This document shows, one piece after another, positions 26,620 to 36,312 of a stretch of 64,000 nt of DNA. The stretch comes from Dehalococcoidia bacterium (GTDB taxonomy: Bacteria > Chloroflexota > Dehalococcoidia > Bin125): the NCBI GenBank assembly GCA_965207365.1, contig OZ242281.1:500362-564361 (forward strand), given 5' to 3'. Position 1 is the stretch's first letter. The number at the start of each line of letters is the position of its first letter. The notes beneath the pieces are model-generated. The model did not search any database. It saw only the letters and a program-made list of their open reading frames with translations, and was not told the DNA's origin. Both the position numbers and the translations under genes were made by a program.

Positions 26620-28272
26620 CTATGGACGCATCCCGTATCTGATCCTCAATCCGACCTGACTCGGCAGCTCCGTCTCATATGCAGTCTCCAGCCACTCGGC
26701 GAGCATTGGCCTCGTCTCACGAGGATCAACGATGTCCTCGACCGCGAATGCTTCGGCTGCCGCGAACGGATCTCGCAGCGCGATCAACCGCTCCTCGATC
26801 GCCGTCCGATGGGCGATCGGATCCTCGGCTGCCTCAATCTCCCGCCGGTAGGCAGCCGCAACGCCACCCTCAATCGGCAGTGAGCCCCACTCGCCCGACG
26901 GCCAGGCGAAGCGGAAGCAGAATCGGCTGAAGTCCTGGTGCGCGCCGCCCGCAACTCCGTACAGCCGACGCACGACGACCGTCGCCCATGGCACCTGCGA
27001 GTCGTTGATCGCGGCCGCGGCCTTGACTCCGGCTCGCAGCGTCCCCGCGCCCTCTCCCGGACGACCGATGAGGAAGCCCGGCTGGTCGGCGAAGTTGACG
27101 ATTGGCAGATGGAACACGTCGCAGAGATCGACGAATTTCTCGAACTTGCGCGCCTCCTTCGCGCCCATCGCTCCGCCGTAATGCATTGGATCGTTGGCTA
27201 GCACACCGATCGGCATCCCACCAATCCGCGCAAGTCCGGTCACCTGCGACCGACCGTAGTAGCGCCCAATCTCAAAGAAAGATCCAAGATCGACGACCAT
27301 TTCCAGCATCCGGCGCACGTTGTAGCCACGATTGCGATGCTTGGGCACGACTGACGCAAGCCGGTCGTCGCGACGGTCGACCGGATCGTCGCAATCGATC
27401 ATCGGAGGGAGCTGGTGCACGTTGGTCGGCAGATAAGAGAGGAATCGCTGAATCTGAGCGATCGCATCAGCCTCGTCGGCGGCGTCGTTGTCGACGACCC
27501 CGCTGCTGCGCGCGTGGACCTCGTAACCACCGAGTTCCTCCTTGGTCAGCTTCTCGCCCATCGATCGCGCAACCAGCGGCGGTCCGCCGGCAAACACCTG
27601 CGAGCTGCCGCGCACCATCACCGAGAAGTGCGACGCAGGCACTTCGGCAGCCGGCAAGCCTGCGACCGATCCCAGCGCTGCCGAGACGACGGGCACTTCG
27701 GCCATCAGCTTGCCCCAACGCTGCGGCCAGAACAGCTCGGGCAGGTAGGTGCGACCCATCTCGGCAGTCGCGCGAATATCGGCGCCGAAGCCGTCGATCA
27801 GGCGGATCATCGGGATCTTCATCTCGATCGCCAGCGACTCGATGTGTCCAGACTTGTCGCCGCCGCTGTGAATCCGAGCCTTGCCGCCATGGCTGCGCTC
27901 CGCCGCCGACCCGCTGCGCGGACGCGAGGTGAAGTCGCCACCCGACACGGCCACCGGACGGCCGCCGATCTTCGCCGTCCCCGTCACCGTTCCGGACGGG
28001 TGAAATCCAACCAGCTCGCCCGACTCGTCGTAGTAGCCCGCGCCCGACAGCACGCCGCGTTCGCGAAACGAGCCATCGTCGGTGAGCAGCTCGATTCGCT
28101 CGCGGACCGTCAGGTTGCCGCGGTCGTGTTGTTCCTGGACTCGGTCTGCGCCGCCCATTTCGCGCGCCAGTTCCCGCCGCCGAGCGATCTGATCGATCTC
28201 CGGCTGCCAGACCGGCTCTCGCGATCCCTTGCTGCTCGACCTATTGCTGCTTGACCCGTTCTTGTTTGCCAT
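26620..28272 (-). CDS. acyl-CoA carboxylase carboxyltransferase subunit (propionyl-CoA carboxylase beta / methylmalonyl-CoA carboxyltransferase family)
   Basis: 550 aa with two carboxyltransferase domains, including the N-domain GGARI-type block (PVAVSGGDF). Confidence 0.85.
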   Translation of the reverse strand: MANKNGSSSNRSSSKGSREPVWQPEIDQIARRRELAREMGGADRVQEQHDRGNLTVRERIELLTDDGSFRERGVLSGAGYYDESGELVGFHPSGTVTGTAKIGGRPVAVSGGDFTSRPRSGSAAERSHGGKARIHSGGDKSGHIESLAIEMKIPMIRLIDGFGADIRATAEMGRTYLPELFWPQRWGKLMAEVPVVSAALGSVAGLPAAEVPASHFSVMVRGSSQVFAGGPPLVARSMGEKLTKEELGGYEVHARSSGVVDNDAADEADAIAQIQRFLSYLPTNVHQLPPMIDCDDPVDRRDDRLASVVPKHRNRGYNVRRMLEMVVDLGSFFEIGRYYGRSQVTGLARIGGMPIGVLANDPMHYGGAMGAKEARKFEKFVDLCDVFHLPIVNFADQPGFLIGRPGEGAGTLRAGVKAAAAINDSQVPWATVVVRRLYGVAGGAHQDFSRFCFRFAWPSGEWGSLPIEGGVAAAYRREIEAAEDPIAHRTAIEERLIALRDPFAAAEAFAVEDIVDPRETRPMLAEWLETAYETELPSQVGLRIRYGMRP

Positions 28273-28366
28273 CGTGTCCCCCCATCGTTCGGTTCAGTAT
28301 CGCTCACGACCGCCACACTTCTTCAGGCCGCTATCTTCGTGCCAAGACCATCAATCGCAATCAAGG

Positions 28367-29185
28367 ATGACCATGTCCACTTCTGCCATCTCCATCGAAC
28401 CGTTGACTCCCTCGATCGGCGCAACCGTCCACGGCGTCGACCTGACCCAGCCGATCGACCAGGAGACATTCCAGTTCATCCACGACGCCTGGATGGAACA
28501 CCTGGTCCTCTTCTTCCGCGACCAGCCGATGTCGCCTGAGGACCACCTGAGTTTCGGACGCATGTTTGGCGACCTGCATATCCACCCGGCTGCGCCGTAC
28601 GAGCATGGCAACCCTGAGCTGATGAAGATCCACACCGACAAGGACTCCTTCCGCAACAACGGTGAGCGATGGCATTCCGACGTCTCAGCCGATGAAGAGC
28701 CGCCGATGGCCTCGATCCTGCACATCAGCAGCATTCCCACACAGGGCGGCGACACCTGTTGGTCGAACATGTACGCCGCCTGGGATGGTCTCTCGCCGCA
28801 GATGCAAGCGCTGCTCGAACCGCTGAGCGCGCTGCACGCAGCCGATTACTCGGGCCAGTACGGCGACCACAAGCCGCAGCGTGAGTCTCCACGCGCAGAG
28901 CACCCAATCGCCCGCACGCATCCCGTGACCGGTCGCAAGGCGCTCTTTGTCAACTCGAGTTTCACCCGTCGGATCATCGGCCTGCCACTCGAGGAGAGCA
29001 ACGCCATCCTCAACTTCTTGTTCGAGCACGTCAAGAACGTCAACTTCCAATGCCGCTTCAAGTGGGACGCCCATTCGGTCGCCCTCTGGGACAACCGCTG
29101 CACCCAACACATGGCCATCTGGGACTACTACCCCGAGTCGAGAAGCGGCATCCGGGTCACGGTCAAAGGCGACAAGCCGTTCTAG
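28367..29185 (+). CDS. TauD/TfdA-family alpha-ketoglutarate-dependent dioxygenase
   Basis: WHSDVS (His-x-Asp) iron motif and a distal His (HSVALWDNRCTQH). The start was chosen at ATG 28367 within ORF 28229..29185. Confidence 0.8.
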   Translation: MTMSTSAISIEPLTPSIGATVHGVDLTQPIDQETFQFIHDAWMEHLVLFFRDQPMSPEDHLSFGRMFGDLHIHPAAPYEHGNPELMKIHTDKDSFRNNGERWHSDVSADEEPPMASILHISSIPTQGGDTCWSNMYAAWDGLSPQMQALLEPLSALHAADYSGQYGDHKPQRESPRAEHPIARTHPVTGRKALFVNSSFTRRIIGLPLEESNAILNFLFEHVKNVNFQCRFKWDAHSVALWDNRCTQHMAIWDYYPESRSGIRVTVKGDKPF

Positions 29186-29247
29186 GCACCAACCAACCTC
29201 TCGCAGAACAACCAAACTCCAACTCACAGATTAGGAGTTCCATACAC

Positions 29248-31755
29248 GTGGCCACTGCATCTACAGCAGACAACACCATCATCGACTTCATCTCAGGCCA
29301 ACCAGTCCGAGCAACTCCCGAAGAGCTTCATGCAGTCCAAGTTTTCTCCAGATCCCTTTTTCACGATTACAAGTATCCCAAGGAGAACATTCACACACGG
29401 CCACAGTGGCGAGTAAAGGCTCGCCCCTCTGATACCAAGAAGGAATATCCAGTTGACATTGCAGTCTTCTCTGATCACAATCACACTGACGACACTTCAC
29501 TCATTCTCGTTGAATGCAAGAAACCCAACCGGCATGATGGACGTAGCCAGCTCGAAGACTACTTACGCTTCTCTCGCGCACGACTTGGAGTCTGGTTCAA
29601 CGGCGAAGAAAAACTCTTCCTCAAGAAGACGGAGCACGACGGTGCCGTTTACTTTGAGGAGATTCCAAACATCCCCCGCTACGGCGAACGCCTCGAAGAC
29701 ATCGGCCTCTACCGCCGCATGGACCTTGAACCCACTCACAATCTGAAAAGCGTCTTCCGCACGATAAGAAACTACCTTGCGGCGAATGCTAAAGGCATCA
29801 CACGCGATGAGGTCTTCGCCCAACAAATCATAAATCTCATCTTCTGCAAGATATACGGCGAACGCTTCACACGACCTACCGACATGGTTCGCTTCAGGGC
29901 GGGGATTGATGAACCTCCACATTCGGTCCGGCAACGAATCCAAGCCCTCTTTGTTGAGGTAAAGAACCAATACAACGACGTGCTGACCCAAGAAGACGAC
30001 CTTCTGCTAGACGACACCTCCCTTGCCTATGCTGTAGGCGAGATGCACCTCTTCTCGCTGATCGATTCCAAACGGGACGCAATCGCGGAAGCCTTCGAGG
30101 TCTTCATCGGGCCGTCGCTGAAGGGTGGGCAGGGCCAATTCTTCACCCCGAGAAATGTCGTCAAACTCCTTGTCGACATGATCGACGTTTCACCCACAGA
30201 CAAAATCATCGATCCGGCTTGCGGTTCAGGTGGATTTCTCGTTGAATCGCTACGCGAGGTATGGGCAAAAATAGATCAACAGGGAGACGACCTCAACTGG
30301 CCAGAACAGGAGATTTTTTCTGAAAGACAACAAGCCGCCATCAAGAACTTTCGAGGGATAGACAAGGACGATTTCCTCGCCAAAGTTGCAAAAGCCTACA
30401 TGGCCATCATCGGTGACGGGCGAGGCGGCGTGTTTTGTGAAAACAGTCTGGAGAGCCACGAAGACTGGCACGCCACTACACGAGAGCAAGTTCAACTAGG
30501 CACGTTCGACGTGGTATTGACCAATCCACCCTACGGAAAGAAACTCAAAATCGACGACCAGTCCACTCTTGGCCCATATGCGTTGGGTCACAAGTGGACC
30601 AAGACAAAAGAGACCGGTGCCTACGAAAAGAAGGACAAACTCCGGGATGCACAGTCTCCCCAGATTCTCTTCATCGAGAGGTGCCTCGCCCTCCTAAAGG
30701 AAGGAGGGCGACTTGGCATAATCGCTCCTGAATCCATGATGTGCAATCCCTCTCACAGATACATCATTCAATATCTCAAATCGGTCGCACGTATCGTCGC
30801 CGTCGTATCTTTCCCTGAAGAGTTGTTTCAGCCGTTCACACATGCTAAGACTTGTGGCGTTATAGTAGAGAAAACACCTTCTGCTGTAGACGAACCCCAT
30901 TCAATCTTTATGGCCATTGCCAAATGGTGCGGGCATGATTCCCGTGGCCACGCGATTCCGCACGACGACATTCCGCTCATTGCTGCGAGGTTTGAGGATT
31001 ACAAGTCAGGCGAGATTCTCGATTATGACCATTTCGGTTTCCTGATTACAGATGACCAGATTGTCGATGACATCTATCTGCCCAAATACTACAATCCTGA
31101 GATGGACGCTAAGATTGATCAGCTCAGGATGACTCACGATGTCCTTACGCTGGGCGAACTAGTGGATGATGGCGTAATCTCGATTGGTACCGGGCATGAA
31201 GTAGGCAAACTCGCGTATGGCACTGGTCCGATCCCGTTTATACGAACTTCGGATATTGCGAACTGGGAGATTAAACTGGACCCCAAGCAAGCAGTAAGTG
31301 TTGACATTTATGAAGGCCTCAAGGATCGCCAAGACGTTCAGGCAGGGGACATTCTTATGGTGCGAGATGGCACCTATCTTGTAGGAACATGCGCGATGAT
31401 TCAGGAAGCTGACACTGGCATTGTTTATCAAAGTCACATTTACAAGATTCGCTCAGAAGATCATCAAAAGATGAATCCGAGTCTGCTCTTGGCAGCGCTG
31501 TCTAGCCCCATAGTCAGGGAACAGATCTACGCAAAGAGGTTTACTCAAGACATTATCGATACGCTCGGAGGCCGGATATCCGAGCTGCAACTCCCAATTC
31601 CGAAGGATAAAGCAACGCGTGACCAAGTCATTGACAATGTGACACGAGCCTTAGAGCTGAAGGCGAGCGCTCGCTCTCTTGCGCGAACTGCCGCACTCAC
31701 GATTGCGCCGCATGACGGTGGTCTCGACCCTGACTTCCTGACTCTCTCAGGCTGA
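29248..31755 (+). CDS. MmeI-like type IIG/IIL restriction-modification enzyme (fused PD-ExK nuclease, N6-adenine methyltransferase and target-recognition domain)
   Basis: N-terminal VDIAVF...ILVECKKPN (PD-ExK, HsdR_N-like). Central IIDPACGSGGFLV (SAM motif I) and NPPYG (motif IV). The C-terminus has an HsdS-like TRD. GTG start at 29248 with AGGAG at -10. GC is markedly lower than in the surroundings. Confidence 0.7.
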   Translation: MATASTADNTIIDFISGQPVRATPEELHAVQVFSRSLFHDYKYPKENIHTRPQWRVKARPSDTKKEYPVDIAVFSDHNHTDDTSLILVECKKPNRHDGRSQLEDYLRFSRARLGVWFNGEEKLFLKKTEHDGAVYFEEIPNIPRYGERLEDIGLYRRMDLEPTHNLKSVFRTIRNYLAANAKGITRDEVFAQQIINLIFCKIYGERFTRPTDMVRFRAGIDEPPHSVRQRIQALFVEVKNQYNDVLTQEDDLLLDDTSLAYAVGEMHLFSLIDSKRDAIAEAFEVFIGPSLKGGQGQFFTPRNVVKLLVDMIDVSPTDKIIDPACGSGGFLVESLREVWAKIDQQGDDLNWPEQEIFSERQQAAIKNFRGIDKDDFLAKVAKAYMAIIGDGRGGVFCENSLESHEDWHATTREQVQLGTFDVVLTNPPYGKKLKIDDQSTLGPYALGHKWTKTKETGAYEKKDKLRDAQSPQILFIERCLALLKEGGRLGIIAPESMMCNPSHRYIIQYLKSVARIVAVVSFPEELFQPFTHAKTCGVIVEKTPSAVDEPHSIFMAIAKWCGHDSRGHAIPHDDIPLIAARFEDYKSGEILDYDHFGFLITDDQIVDDIYLPKYYNPEMDAKIDQLRMTHDVLTLGELVDDGVISIGTGHEVGKLAYGTGPIPFIRTSDIANWEIKLDPKQAVSVDIYEGLKDRQDVQAGDILMVRDGTYLVGTCAMIQEADTGIVYQSHIYKIRSEDHQKMNPSLLLAALSSPIVREQIYAKRFTQDIIDTLGGRISELQLPIPKDKATRDQVIDNVTRALELKASARSLARTAALTIAPHDGGLDPDFLTLSG

Positions 31756-31867
31756 CTTCATTTGCCAATGGCCAACGCCATCAGTTCGACCGCTGCTTCC
31801 CTCAAGCTGCAAAAGTTCGATACCCTGGCACTGCGGTCCGACCAAGTGCGATCGAGGCAGTGTCGGC

Positions 31868-32722
31868 ATGTTCGACATCGCATTAGCAGACACGCCGTAT
31901 GGACTCGCCCTGGACGTGGCGATCATCGTCACGGCGGTCTGCTGGTTGCTCTCGGCCTTGACCCGCGACTACTCCTGGGTCGATCGCATGTGGTCGATCA
32001 TGCCCTCCGTCTACTGCCTGATCGTGGCAATCGATCTGGACTTCGAATCGGCCCGCGTCAACCTCATGACGGCTGTGGCGCTCGCCTGGTCGATTCGGCT
32101 GACACTCAACCTCACGCTGAAGGGCGGATACAAGGTCGGCCATGGGGACTATCGATGGATTTATCTCAGAAACAACCTCGGGGAGCTGAAATTCCAGGTG
32201 CTCAACCTGACGTTCACTTCGTGCGGCCAGATGGCGATTGTGTGGTTGTTCACGGCGCCCGTTCATCAAGCATGGCAACACGTTGGCCAGTCGTTGGGCT
32301 GGCTCGACTACCTTGCCGCCGTGTTGTTCCTGCTCCTGTTGACGATTGAAACCATCGGCGACATCCAGATGCTTCGGTTTCAGAACAACAAGAAGCGACT
32401 CATCAGCGAGGGAGCCGAAATTGAGCAGCCGTTCATCACAACCGGGTTCTTTCGCTTCTGCCGGCATCCCAGCCACACGTGTGAGGTTGCCATGTGGCTG
32501 GTGTTCTACCTGTTCGCCATCTCAGCGGCTGGCGAGATCTGGCACTGGACCGGAATCGGTGGTGTGGTTCTATTGCTGATGTTCCAGATCTCAACGCGAT
32601 TCGGGGAGAAGCTCTCGCTCGAGAAATATCCCTCCTATGCCCGCTATCAGCAAGCGGTCCCGATGTTCCTTCCGAATCCCCTCCGCATCTGGCGCAGCAA
32701 GACCAGCGCCGGGTCCCATTAG
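31868..32722 (+). CDS. DUF1295 / steroid 5-alpha-reductase-like polytopic membrane protein
   Basis: 284 aa, multi-TM, with the C-terminal FFRFCRHPSHT motif typical of the ICMT/DUF1295/5aR superfamily. Confidence 0.55.
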   Translation: MFDIALADTPYGLALDVAIIVTAVCWLLSALTRDYSWVDRMWSIMPSVYCLIVAIDLDFESARVNLMTAVALAWSIRLTLNLTLKGGYKVGHGDYRWIYLRNNLGELKFQVLNLTFTSCGQMAIVWLFTAPVHQAWQHVGQSLGWLDYLAAVLFLLLLTIETIGDIQMLRFQNNKKRLISEGAEIEQPFITTGFFRFCRHPSHTCEVAMWLVFYLFAISAAGEIWHWTGIGGVVLLLMFQISTRFGEKLSLEKYPSYARYQQAVPMFLPNPLRIWRSKTSAGSH

Positions 32723-32755
32723 GCGAGAAAACCCTATGTCAACCGGTCTCTCTCC

Positions 32756-33005
32756 TCGCTCCCCCTTGAAGAGACTGATGCACAACTCCCCTTCTCCCCC
32801 CTTACGGGGGAGATGCCCCCTGCCTACGCAGGGGCAGGCTCCGGCAGAGGGGGGTCCCTGCCTGTTGGCCTATCTGGTCGTCGCCAGCCGACCCCCCCTC
32901 TGTCACGCTGTGACATCTCCCCCCGCAAGGGGGGGAGAGGGGAATCAGAGGATTTGCATCAGGCTCTTGAAGGGGGATTTGCTTAAGGCTGAAGGGGTCC
33001 TGCCC
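32756..33005. repeat. MITE-like palindromic repeat (family A) plus a short sub-unit
   Basis: gactgatgcacaactcccc...ctccccccttacgggggagatg...cagaggggggtc...gaccccccctctg...catctccccccgcaagggggggagagggg, followed by cttgaagggggatttgc..aaggctgaaggggtcc. Confidence 0.7.
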
Positions 33006-33154
33006 CCCTCAACGCATCGTTCGATCGTCAGTGATCCCTTGATCTGGTTTCGCAGATCAACGCGCGCTGGCCTAATCGGCCCAGACCGACCTTGCCGCAC
33101 TTCGCCAAGACCCAATGGCAAAAGCGGCAGGGCATTCAGGACCTTCCCGGCGTC

Positions 33155-33394
33155 TCAGAAGGTACGCGTCAGTAGCGCGATCAGCATCCCGCCGATCACT
33201 GTGACAATCAGGAATGCAGTCCAGCGCATCTCTCGGTGCAAACCGTCGAACTCCCTGCGCAAACCGTCAATCTCGCGGCGAAGATCATCCTTGACCACCA
33301 TGAGGTCGTCCTTGGTCGCCACTGACCCCCGCATTCTCAGCACGATCAATTCGACCGCGGCTCGCAATGCGCGAGCGTGAGGCGCGGTCACACC
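33155..33394 (-). CDS. possible small coiled-coil protein with C-terminal TM anchor
   Basis: The C-terminal 80 aa of ORF 33155..33685 has KDDLMVVKDDLRREIDGLRREFDGL then a hydrophobic helix. The start is uncertain (TTG/GTG). Confidence 0.25.
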   Translation of the reverse strand, partial: GVTAPHARALRAAVELIVLRMRGSVATKDDLMVVKDDLRREIDGLRREFDGLHREMRWTAFLIVTVIGGMLIALLTRTF

Positions 33395-33573
33395 AGCGTC
33401 AACCAACGTTTGCTCAAGACCTTCCCCGACTATGCCGCTGGAGTCTGGAGGATCAGGCCGCGTTTCAGTCGTCACCTGCCGCCTCCATTGGACTTGCGAC
33501 CTATCGAACGCCGGATGTACGTACCGACATCCTAACTGTCGTTGAGTCGCCCGGCGCTTCTCAGGCGCATCCC

Positions 33574-34614
33574 TCAGCGACCAATCGCCAACGCCGCCAG
33601 ATCTCGGGCCGTGTCCCTTGACACATCGGGGCACGCCATCGGAAACACTTCGGTCCCGTGGATTGTGCCCATCACCTGACGACACCGAGCGGGCACGCCG
33701 GAGGCCAGCAGCAACCGATAGTAGGCAATCCCCTCATCACGCAGAGGATCGCACTCGTTCACCGAGATCGTGGTCGGCGGCAGGCCGATCACATCCTCCG
33801 ACGACGCGAACAGCGGCCAGGCCAACGGATCCTCCGCCTCGAAGGCTTCGATCCCGTATCCCATCGCGCCGTTGTTGTGATGCAGACTGAGCAGGATGCC
33901 GTTGTTTTCAACGGTTGACGGCAGATCGTCGCGAGGCCAGCTCCCCGCGATGTAAGGGCAGAGTGCGTACAGACCCTGGACCAGCCCGATATCGCCGTCG
34001 CGCAGCAGTTTCATCCCGGTCGCCAGGGTCAGGTTGCCGCCGCCGCTTTCGCCCGCGATCACGATCCGCGACGCATCAATGCCCAGAACATCCGCGTGAT
34101 CCGAGACCCACTTCAACCCCGAGACGCAGTCGTTCAGACCCGCCGGATACGGCTCGACCTCAGGCGCCGACGAGGCCACCACGCTGTTGCGGAAGTCAAC
34201 CATCGCCACGGCGACGCCGTTCTGCGCGATGATCCGGCCCCAGGCCTTGTAGTTGGGGTCGTAGCAGGACATCTGCGCCATCCCGCCGCCATGGATGTAG
34301 TAGACGCAGGGCAGCGGCTCGTCCGAGTCGGGCCGGATGTACTGGATGTTGACCGTGTTGCCGTCGGGCGATGAGGTGAAGGTCTCGGTCGTGATCGTCA
34401 GGCCGGCCGAGGGCGCGATCTCTTCCGTATCGGACATCGCCAGGAATGCCTGCAGTCCCTCGAACTGCGCGCGGGACTCCTCGCTGTTGGCTCGCTCGAT
34501 CAACTCCTCCCGAGTCGCCACATCTCCAGCAGCCGGTAGGTCAAACGCGCCGAACAGGGCCTTAATCCTCGGATCGATGCGTCGGTCGTCTGAGAGCTTG
34601 CTCACGAAATCCAC
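33574..34614 (-). CDS. alpha/beta hydrolase (HSL-type esterase/lipase)
   Basis: HGGG oxyanion motif (YYIHGGGM) and a GESGG nucleophile elbow. 346 aa. Confidence 0.8.
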   Translation of the reverse strand: MDFVSKLSDDRRIDPRIKALFGAFDLPAAGDVATREELIERANSEESRAQFEGLQAFLAMSDTEEIAPSAGLTITTETFTSSPDGNTVNIQYIRPDSDEPLPCVYYIHGGGMAQMSCYDPNYKAWGRIIAQNGVAVAMVDFRNSVVASSAPEVEPYPAGLNDCVSGLKWVSDHADVLGIDASRIVIAGESGGGNLTLATGMKLLRDGDIGLVQGLYALCPYIAGSWPRDDLPSTVENNGILLSLHHNNGAMGYGIEAFEAEDPLAWPLFASSEDVIGLPPTTISVNECDPLRDEGIAYYRLLLASGVPARCRQVMGTIHGTEVFPMACPDVSRDTARDLAALAIGR

Positions 34615-34724
34615 CTTCCGCTTGCCATTGCGATGAACATCAAGCTACTACCCGGGAACCCGGGCATGATCACTTGGATGCCGAAAATCCATGCGAGGCG
34701 TATCTGTTTTCCACACTCCCACTT

Positions 34725-34960
34725 GCAGGGACTGATGCATAACTCCCCTTCTCCCCCCTTGCGGGGGAGATGCCGAAGGCAGAGGGGGGTTCCCTGCCTG
34801 TTGGCCCTATCTGGTCGTCGCCAGCCGCCCCCCCTCTGTCACTCTGTGACATCTCCCCCCGCAAGGGGGGGAGAGGGGAATCGGAGGATATGCATCAGTC
34901 TCTTGCAGGGGGAGCTGCCGAAGGCTGAGGGGGTCCTGCTCCCCACCGGCAAGGCCGTTT
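34725..34960. repeat. MITE-like palindromic repeat (family A, full copy with terminal gactgatgcataactcc / ggatatgcatcagtct) plus short sub-unit
   Basis: Near-identical to 61007-61215 and 32756-33005. Confidence 0.75.
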
Positions 34961-35036
34961 GGCGCCATCCTTTCTTCACACACCACGCGAACAAACCCTA
35001 ACCTGATTCCCTCAAACAGGAAGGGCAGCGAACCGC

Positions 35037-35360
35037 ATGAGCAACATCGCCATCTGGGTCAAGGTCAAGGTCAAACCGGAGCGGCTGGAGAAGTTTCTCC
35101 ACGCGATTGAGGTCGATGCGCTGGGATCGGAGCAGGACGAGCCAGGCTGCCTGCGCTTCAACGTCTTGCAGGACGCAAGCGACGACCTGACCTACTACTT
35201 CTACGAGGTCTACGAAAACGAAGACGCCCTCGCCGCGCATCGCGCCGCGCCACACTACGCCGTCTGGTCGGCCGCCCGAGACACCCTCGAAGGCGACATC
35301 GAGATTACCCGAACCGCAACCGTCTTCCCGTCCGACCAGGGCTACTGGTCCAAGGGCTAA
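35037..35360 (+). CDS. antibiotic-biosynthesis-monooxygenase (ABM) domain protein / putative quinol monooxygenase
   Basis: 107 aa with a ferredoxin-like ABM pattern (IAIWVKVKVKPE...FYEVYENEDALAAH). Confidence 0.65.
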   Translation: MSNIAIWVKVKVKPERLEKFLHAIEVDALGSEQDEPGCLRFNVLQDASDDLTYYFYEVYENEDALAAHRAAPHYAVWSAARDTLEGDIEITRTATVFPSDQGYWSKG

Positions 35361-35456
35361 CGCCTCTTCCCCTTGCGGGCAGGACGCCAACACTTCCTCC
35401 GTCGTTCCCACGCTTGACGATGAATCTGCACCGGAACACAACGAGTTGAAGGAGCG

Positions 35457-36239
35457 CTAGTGCATCACTAGGCCGCCATCGACGTTGTAGCCCTGGCCAG
35501 TGATATTACGCGCGCCGGGGCCGGCGAGGAAACGCGCCATGGCCGCGATGTCTTCAGGCGTGTTGGCACGACCAATCGGGATCCGAGCGTCACGCGCCTG
35601 CTCCAGCTCGGCGATGCTCACTCCGGTGCTCTCAGCGCGCTGGCGCATGTTGTTGATTGACAGCTCTGTCACCGTAACGCCGGGACAGATGGCGTTGACG
35701 TTGATGTTGTGCGGTGCAAGCTGATGGGCGGCGATCATCGTCATCGCCAGCACCGCGCCCTTGCTCGCGGCGTAGGCCGCATTGGAAGTGCCCGAGTAGC
35801 CCTTGCCGGCGACCGAAGCGATGTTGATGATCCGGCCGCCATCGCCCTGGGCAATCATCTCGCGAGCGGCCCGCTGCATGCAAAAGAACACCCCCTTCGC
35901 GTTGACCCGGTGGATGCGGTCCCAGTCCTCCTCCTCCACGTCCATCACGTAGAGGTACCGAGTCACGCCGGCATTGTTGACAATGATGTCGATTCGCCCA
36001 AACGCGTCTTTGGCTTCCGCGATCATGCGGTCGATGTCGGCAACGCTGCCCATGTCGGCGTGAATGGCGACACTCTCGCGACCCAGCTCCTTGACTTCCT
36101 CGCTCGTGCCCTCGACATGCTCACGGTCGATGTCTGCCACCGCGACATTCGCTCCCGCCTCGGCCAGGTCCAGCGAGATCGCACGACCCATGCCCCGCCC
36201 CGCGCCGGTCACCACGGCGTTCTTGTATTGCAGCTCCAT
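35457..36239 (-). CDS. SDR-family oxidoreductase (FabG-like)
   Basis: TGAGRGMGRA Rossmann motif, NNAG, and an S...YxxxK catalytic motif (YAASKGA). Confidence 0.9.
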   Translation of the reverse strand: MELQYKNAVVTGAGRGMGRAISLDLAEAGANVAVADIDREHVEGTSEEVKELGRESVAIHADMGSVADIDRMIAEAKDAFGRIDIIVNNAGVTRYLYVMDVEEEDWDRIHRVNAKGVFFCMQRAAREMIAQGDGGRIINIASVAGKGYSGTSNAAYAASKGAVLAMTMIAAHQLAPHNINVNAICPGVTVTELSINNMRQRAESTGVSIAELEQARDARIPIGRANTPEDIAAMARFLAGPGARNITGQGYNVDGGLVMH

Positions 36240-36312
36240 CGGTCTCCGCCCTTCTCATGGCATCGTGCGTCAATCCCTAACTCACCGAGGCACCAAGTCG
36301 AAGTCGCCAAAC

